From Squalus acanthias (taxonomy: Eukaryota), in contig CM059432.1 in assembly GCA_030390025.1 (NCBI GenBank), positions 7,750,001-7,814,000 of the forward strand: a stretch of 64,000 bases of DNA, in the 5' to 3' direction. Of this stretch, positions 57,901 to 64,000 are shown in pieces (the first letter of the stretch is position 1; each line of letters starts with the position of its first letter). The notes beneath the pieces are model-generated. The model saw only the letters and a program-made list of their open reading frames with translations. It did not search any database and was not told the DNA's origin. The position numbers and the translations under genes are program-made.

Positions 57901-57938
<38 letters not shown>

Positions 57939-58352
57939 CCAAGTCCTCTGGCAGCAAAGGCCAGGCAGTCTCTGAAGACATTCAATGGAGGCGACCTTCA
58001 TCACATCTCCGTTGTAATAGTGGACCTGCAGCTGATAGTCAGCTATCCACTTGTGCTCCCGCCAGGTTTCACTGGCGTGTTTCACACCAGGCGTACTTCA
58101 CGTCAGAAAAGGGTTAAACTAGCTACAACGATTCAAAATAGCATTACAGACCCAATTTAGGGCTTGTTAAGGGCTGTAATGGCCTCTCCCGCCTCTTGGA
58201 GGCAGGACGGAGTCGGGAACCCCGTGACTGATTTTGTCAAAATTGCGTGGAGGCGGGATGGAGTCGGGATGGGGTCGGAAACCCCGACCCCGCAAATTTA
58301 ACCCCCCACACGCCTCCAAACCCGACTCCATGGGTCATTCAAAATCCAGCCC
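57633..58352. mobile_element. PIF/Harbinger MITE (720 bp), ATA TSD
   Basis: Perfect 12-bp TIR gggctggatttt / aaaatccagccc; ATA both sides; contains (GA)n at 57905-57936. Confidence 0.93.
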
Positions 58353-59080
58353 ATAGAGTTATACAGCACAGAAAGAGACCCTTCGGCCCATCGTGTCCGC
58401 GCCGGCAATCAAGCCCTGTCTATTTTAATCCCATTTTCCAGCACTTGGTCCGTAGCCTTGTATGCTATGGCGTTTCAAGTGCTCATCTAAATGCTTCTTG
58501 AATGTTGTGAGGGTTCCTGCCTCTACCACCCTTTCAGGCAGTGAGTTCCAGATTCCAACCACCCTCTGGGTGAAAAAGTTTTTCCTCAAATCCCCTCTAA
58601 ACCTCCTGTCCCTTTCCTTGAAACTATGCCCCCTGGTTATTGACCCCTCTACTAAGGGGAAAAGTTCCTTTCTATCTACCCTATCTATGCCCCTCATAAT
58701 TTTGTACACCTCAATCAGGTCCCTCCTCAGCCTTCTCTGCTCTAAGGAAAACAACCCCAGCCTGTCCAGTTTCTCTTCATAGCTGAAGCGCTCCAGCCCA
58801 GGTAACATCCTGGTGAATCTCCTCTGCACCCTCTCCAATGCAATCACATCCTTCCTATAGTGTGGCGACCAGAACTGCACACAGTATTCCAGCTGTGGCC
58901 TAATTGTACAGCTCCATCATAACCTCCCTGCTCTTATATTCTATGCCTCGGCTAATGAAGGCAAGTATCCCATATGCCTTCGTAACCACCTTATCTACCT
59001 GTCCTGCTGCCTTCAGGGATCTATGTACAGGCACACAAAGGTCCCTCTGATCCTCTGCCCATCCTAGGGTCCTACCATTC
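58353..59080 (-). mobile_element. CR1 3' fragment whose tail hosts the two Harbinger elements
   Basis: ORF 58425-58880(-) QFWSPHYRKD...WNSLPERVVEAG; tail (ACTCTATG)n. Confidence 0.92.
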
Positions 59081-59274
59081 TACTTCTTTCAGTTTTTCCC
59101 TTGTCACAGCTGCTCAATAGAATCTATTGCCGGGGCAGGGGTGAGAGAAAATGGCATGCTGCCTACTCTCCGCATTCGAAAAATACTCCTCAGCTCGCTC
59201 TTCATTATCGTGCTTTAAATCTCAGCTGGAAATGGGTTGGAGTGGGGACTTGAGCTGACAACCTTCTGACTCAA

Positions 59275-60161
59275 TTTCAAAATTCTCATCCTTGTTTTCA
59301 AATCCCTCCATGGCCTCGCCCCTTCCTATCTCTGTAATCTCCTCCAGCCCCACAAACCCCCCGAGATATCTGCGCTCCTCTAATTCTGCCCTCTTGAGCA
59401 TCCCTGATTATAATCACTCAACCTTTGGTGGCCGTGCCTTCTGTTGCCTAGGCCCTAAGCTCTGGAATTCCCTGCCTAAACCTCTCCGCCTTGCTACCTG
59501 TCTTTCCTCCTTTAAGACGCTCCTTAAAACCAACCTCTTTGACCAAGCTTTTGGTCACCTGCCCTAATCTCTCCTTATGTGGCTTGGTGTCAAATTTTTT
59601 GTCTTATAATACTCCTGTGAATTGCCTTGGGACGTTTTACTACGTTAAAAAAAGAAAGACTTGCATTTCTATAGCGCCTTTCACGACCACCGGACGTCTC
59701 AAAGCACTTTACAGCCAATGAAGTACTTTTTGAGGTGTAGTCACTGTTGTAATGTGGGAAACGCGGCAGCCAATTTGCACACAGCAAGCTCCCACAAGCA
59801 GCAAATGACCAGATAATGTTTCTTTTTGTTATGTTGGCTGAGGGATAAATATTGGCCAGGACACTGGGGATAACTCCCCTGCTCTTCTTCGAAATAGTGC
59901 CATGAGATCTTTTACGTCCACCTGAGGAAGTAGACGGGGCCTCGGTTTAACGTCTCATCTGAAAGACAGCACTTCTGACAGTGCAGCGCTCCCTCAGCAC
60001 TGCACTGGAGTGGAGTGTCAGCCTAGCTTTATGTGCTTAATTCCTGAAGGATGGGATTTGAACTGACAACCTTACAATTCACAGAAGGTCAAGTGTGCTA
60101 CCCACTAAGCCACAGCTGACACACACGTTAAAGGTGCAATATAAATACAAGTTATTGTTGT
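59275..60161 (+). mobile_element. L2 3' fragment with 8-bp TSD, split by a SINE
   Basis: GGRAFCCLGPKLWNSLP; tgactcaa at 59267-59274 and 60162-60169; tail resumes at about 60133. Confidence 0.88.
59650..60124 (-). mobile_element. DeuSINE, SacSINE1-like, 8-bp TSD
   Basis: acgttaaa at 59642-59649 and 60125-60132. Confidence 0.88.
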
Positions 60162-60319
60162 TGACTCAAAAGTGACCCCCTGAGCCACGGCTGACACCGT
60201 GTGAGTGCACTGGGTCAATGCTCTAACAGGGGAGGCTTCTGTAACGAATATTGCATGTAGATTAATTATGAGAAGATCTACCTTTTTCAATCCTGTTGTG
60301 TTTCGACTTACGGAATAAT

Positions 60320-61097
60320 GGCCCTGAATTTGCGGTCGGAGGCTTCCCGCGGGCGGACGGGGAATAATAATTTACAAACTTACCTGATGGTCCCGGAGGT
60401 TCGGACGCTCGCGCTCCTCTGCGCAGGCCCATGCAGGCCTCTGTGCGTAGGCCTGCATAGAGGCCCACGTATCCCAGGGGCGCAGGCGGTTCGCGAGCGC
60501 CCCGGGCTCACGTGGGCCGGCCCAATCAATGAAAGAAGGAGAATCCCCATTCATACTTACGGGGATTCCGTATGTACAGAAACCCCATAAGCATGACTGG
60601 GAATATCCCAAAAATACACCTAGATATCAAATACATTTAAAAACACCATCACATATTTAAAATTAATTAAATTGCCATTTAATTAAATATTTGAAACAAA
60701 AATTAAATTAAAAAAAAATGAATTTACATGTTTTAAAGGGGCTAAAAATAAACTTACCTTATTTCAAGGTTTTTAAATGTATAAATTATTGATAACATTT
60801 TATTTTTCTGTTTTTTAAAACTCTTATGCTGGTAAAAAGCAAGCCCTAAGCCTGCTTTTACCAGGAGTAAGAATTTCATGGGCATTCGCTGGGCAGAAGT
60901 TGGGCGAATAGCGCAACTCTCCGCCCGCGGAGGCCCTTCTCCCGGAGATGCGGATCATCTGTCCATAGAACTCTTGACAGATCGCAAGTCCCGGGATTCG
61001 GCCCACGCTCAGCGCATGCCTAAACCCGGAACTTGCGCGTCCCCTACGGGCGCGTACACACCTCGTACGCGCCCGTAGGGGCCGCAAATTACGGCCC
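60320..61097. mobile_element. Harbinger-type MITE with AT-rich core, related to 6684-7426
   Basis: Termini ggccctgaatttgcgg / ccgcaaattacggccc; same layout as 6684-7426 in reverse. Confidence 0.8.
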
Positions 61098-61679
61098 ATT
61101 GTTATCTTGTTAAAGGCAAAAGGTTACGCAGAATTGACATTGGTAAATTGGCAGGTATTGGTGGTAATGAAACTCTCCCAGTTATTAATACGGGAGTTAT
61201 TTGCTGACCGAATAAATATCCCTCCTAAACACATTTCTATTAATCTGCTTCTGACGAACCCCTGCAGGTATCTCAGTTACAGTAAATGCTGCCGTTTAAA
61301 TGCTGCTTCGGAAGCTCAATTGATTTGCAGATTTAATGCCCGACTTTGTGAGTCAGGCAAGAATGGGACTGTAATAGAGACAGAAAATGTTGGAAATGCT
61401 CAGCAGTTCAGGCAGCATCTGTGGCGAGGGAAATAGGTTTAACGGCCCCGATAGTTACAGGGAGCCAGGGAGGGAGTGGGGGGCAGCTTTGCGTTTGGGA
61501 AACCCGGAAGAACGGGTTTCCCTGATTAATTGTTTTTGCCTCCGTTTCCCACCCGCAGCCAGCCAGATTGAGAGGTTGGCCAGCTGTCGGGCGGGTAGGC
61601 CTTTGGCACCAGGCCGCAGGCAGGGAGCAGAGAGGAGTGGGGGAAATTGGAGGCTGGTGGGGGGGAGATCGCAGGCCGG

Positions 61680-62380
61680 AAGGGGGATGGGGGAGGGAGA
61701 TTGGAAGGGTCGGGGGAGATCGATAGGGTCAGGGGGAGATCGGAAGGTTCAGGAGGAGATCGATAGGGTCGGGGGGAGATCGGAAGGGTTGAGGGGAGAT
61801 TGATAGGGTCGTGGGGGGGTCGGGGGGAGATCGGAAGGGTCGGAGGGAGATCGGAAGGGTCGGGGGGAGATCGAAAGGGTTGGGGGGAGAGTGGAAGGGT
61901 CAGGGAGAGATCGGAAGGGTCAGGGAGAGATTGGAAGGGTCGGGGGGGAGAGTGGAAGGGTCAGGGAGAGATCGATAGGGTTGGGGGGAGTTTGGAAGGG
62001 TCAGGGAGAGATCGGAAGGGTCAGGGAGAGATTGGAAGGGTTGGGGGGAGAGTGGAAGGGTTGGGGGGAGAGTGGAAGGGTTGGGGGGAGATTGGAAGGG
62101 TTGGGGGGAGATCGGAAGGGTTGGGGGGAGATCGGAAGGGTTGGGGGGAGATTGGAAGGGTTGGGGGGAGATCGGAAGGGTTGGGGGGAGATCGGAAGGG
62201 TTGGGGGGAGATAGGAAGGGTTGGGGGGAGATCGGAAGGGTTGGGGGGAGATCGGAAGGGTTGGGGGGAGATCGGAAGGGTTGGGGGGAGATTGGAAGGG
62301 TTGGGGGGAGATTGGAAGGGTTGGGGGGAGATCGGAAGGGTCAGGGAGAGATCGATAGGGTTGGGCCGGTGGGGGAGATC
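61680..62380. repeat. G-rich 20-bp minisatellite (GGGGGGAGATCGGAAGGGTT)n, roughly 35 units
   Basis: Direct tandem repeat, most homogeneous at about 62040-62340. Confidence 0.95.
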
Positions 62381-62599
62381 GGAAGCTGCAGTTGGGGAGC
62401 GCAGAGGATGGGGGGTAGGATTGGAAAAAAGGAGGGCTTCGGGACTTTGCCAGATCCAACCTCCACTCCAAATCCCAGCCCTTCGAACATTGCAACTCAA
62501 AACAGCTCTCCCCACTCCTTGGAAATTTAGGGCCATTTCCTGTTCCCCAGGGGTAAAGGTCAGGAAAGTCGGCCCTGCGAAAGGGACAGTTAAGTAATG

Positions 62600-63010
62600 G
62601 GCACGGTAGCATAATGGTTATGTTACTGGACTAATAATCTTGGACTAATGATCTGGAGATATGAGTTCAAAATCCCACCACGGCAGCTGGGGAATTTAAA
62701 TTCAGCTAAATAAATCTGGAATTAAAAGCTATTTCAGTAACTACCGGATTATCGTAAAAGCCCATCTGGATCACTAATGTCCTTTTTAGGGAAGGAAATC
62801 TGCCGTCCTTACCCGGTCTGGCCTATATGTGACTCCAGACCCACAGCAATGTGGTTGACTCTTAACTGCCCTCTGAAATGGCCTAGCGAGACACTCAGTT
62901 GTATTCAAGAAGGTGGCTCACCACAACTTGCTCGAGAGCAATTAGGGATGGGCAATAAATGCTGGCCTTGCTCGTGATGTCCACATCCCGTGAATGAATA
63001 TTTTTTTTAA
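62600..63010 (+). mobile_element. SINE family B, near full length
   Basis: ggcacggtagcataatggtta head, B-box-like gagttcaaaatccc, LINE-X-like tail. Confidence 0.85.
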
Positions 63011-63169
63011 ATGGAGACGTAGGCACAAGTAAAGTAAAAGGCAAGTCAGGAGGCATTCAGCACACAAGGAGTGATAACTACCTGGAATGGGCTGCTGGGT
63101 CGGGTAAGATACATCAGAGAGTTAGATGCTTTGATGTTAGGGCCAGAAATGAATGTGGAAGGAGGAACT

Positions 63170-63621
63170 AGAAAGAAAAACTTTCATTTATATAGCGCCT
63201 TTCACGACCACCTGAGGTCTCAAAGCGCTTTACAGCCAATCAAGTACTTTTTGAGTGTAGTCACTGTTGTAATGTAGGAAACGCGGCAGCCAATTGCGCA
63301 CAGCAAGCTCCCACAAACAGCAATGTGATAAATGACCAGATAATTTGTTCTGTTGATGAGGGATAAATATTGGCCAGGACACCAGGGATAACTTCCCTTT
63401 TCTTCTTCGAAATAGGGGTCTTTTACGTCCACCTGAGAGAGCAGACGGGGCCTATGGTTTAACATCTCATCCGAAAGACGGCACCTCTGACAGTGCAGCA
63501 CTCCCTCAGATGCCAGCACTGGAGTGTCAGCCTAGATTTTTGCGCTCAAGTCCCTAGAGTGGGGACTGCGAACCCACAATCTTCTGAGTCAGAGGCGAGA
63601 GTGCTACCCACTGAGCCACAG
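63170..63621 (-). mobile_element. DeuSINE, SacSINE1-like
   Basis: Head, core and tail as other copies. Confidence 0.87.
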
Positions 63622-64000
63622 ATGGGTTGAATGGCTCCTTCACGTATACTTTGTAATGTTTATGAGAGACAGAGTGAGACGGCAGATGGATTAAAATCTG
63701 TTGAAAGCCGAATGGGTTTTCTCCTTCTATTTCTCACAATGCTTATGCTCTTCTAAATATTTGCCTCATAAGCCTGACCAGCAAAATGTGATCGAAAGTA
63801 GAATCAAGTTGAAATTCATTTTTGTCACAATAGACTTTGCTTAAATCCAATCACATCCCGTTGCTCATCGTGATGCTAAAAGAAGGCAGTACACAGCTCT
63901 AGAAAATGACTTTCTCATTTCTTGATCACTAATTAAACTCCCTGGCAGCCATTACATTTCTTTATCCTCAGAAAACGAAAGTGTAAACATTGATTGCCTT

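Noticed and set aside
59110..59140. Micro-exon with good acceptor and gtgaga donor
   Set aside because: No recognisable peptide or partner exons; such sites are expected by chance
61680..62380. Possible CRISPR array
   Set aside because: Head-to-tail repeats with no unique spacers, vertebrate context, no cas genes
61800..62612. Long Gly/Arg-rich and Pro-rich ORFs on both strands
   Set aside because: Translations of a stop-free 20-bp minisatellite, open in most frames

Overview
Eukaryotic (vertebrate) DNA, almost entirely transposon-derived, with no convincing host gene. The repeat set points to a cartilaginous fish (shark; inference). It includes several CR1 families with 8-10 bp microsatellite tails, L2, a Deu-domain tRNA-SINE resembling dogfish SacSINE1, a second tRNA-SINE, and many PIF/Harbinger derivatives. 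The only intact long ORF belongs to a young, apparently complete Penelope-like retroelement (34125-37742; RT plus GIY-YIG, 969-codon frame). It has near-identical direct terminal repeats that each carry a minimal hammerhead ribozyme, and a target-site duplication (TSD). Three more intact hammerheads and one degenerate one lie in other Penelope fragments. Other highlights: a 390-bp fold-back element that looks like an LTR plus its inverted copy (TG..CA, 5-bp TSD); Harbinger elements carrying an intron-containing Myb/SANT gene and landing repeatedly in CR1 tail microsatellites; and two divergent MITEs with hairpins that differ by compensatory base changes. Two SINE-LINE partnerships, multi-layer nested insertions and a G-rich 20-bp minisatellite are also present. 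All calls are from reading the sequence; no database search was run, and boundaries of degraded fragments are approximate (about 10-30 bp).
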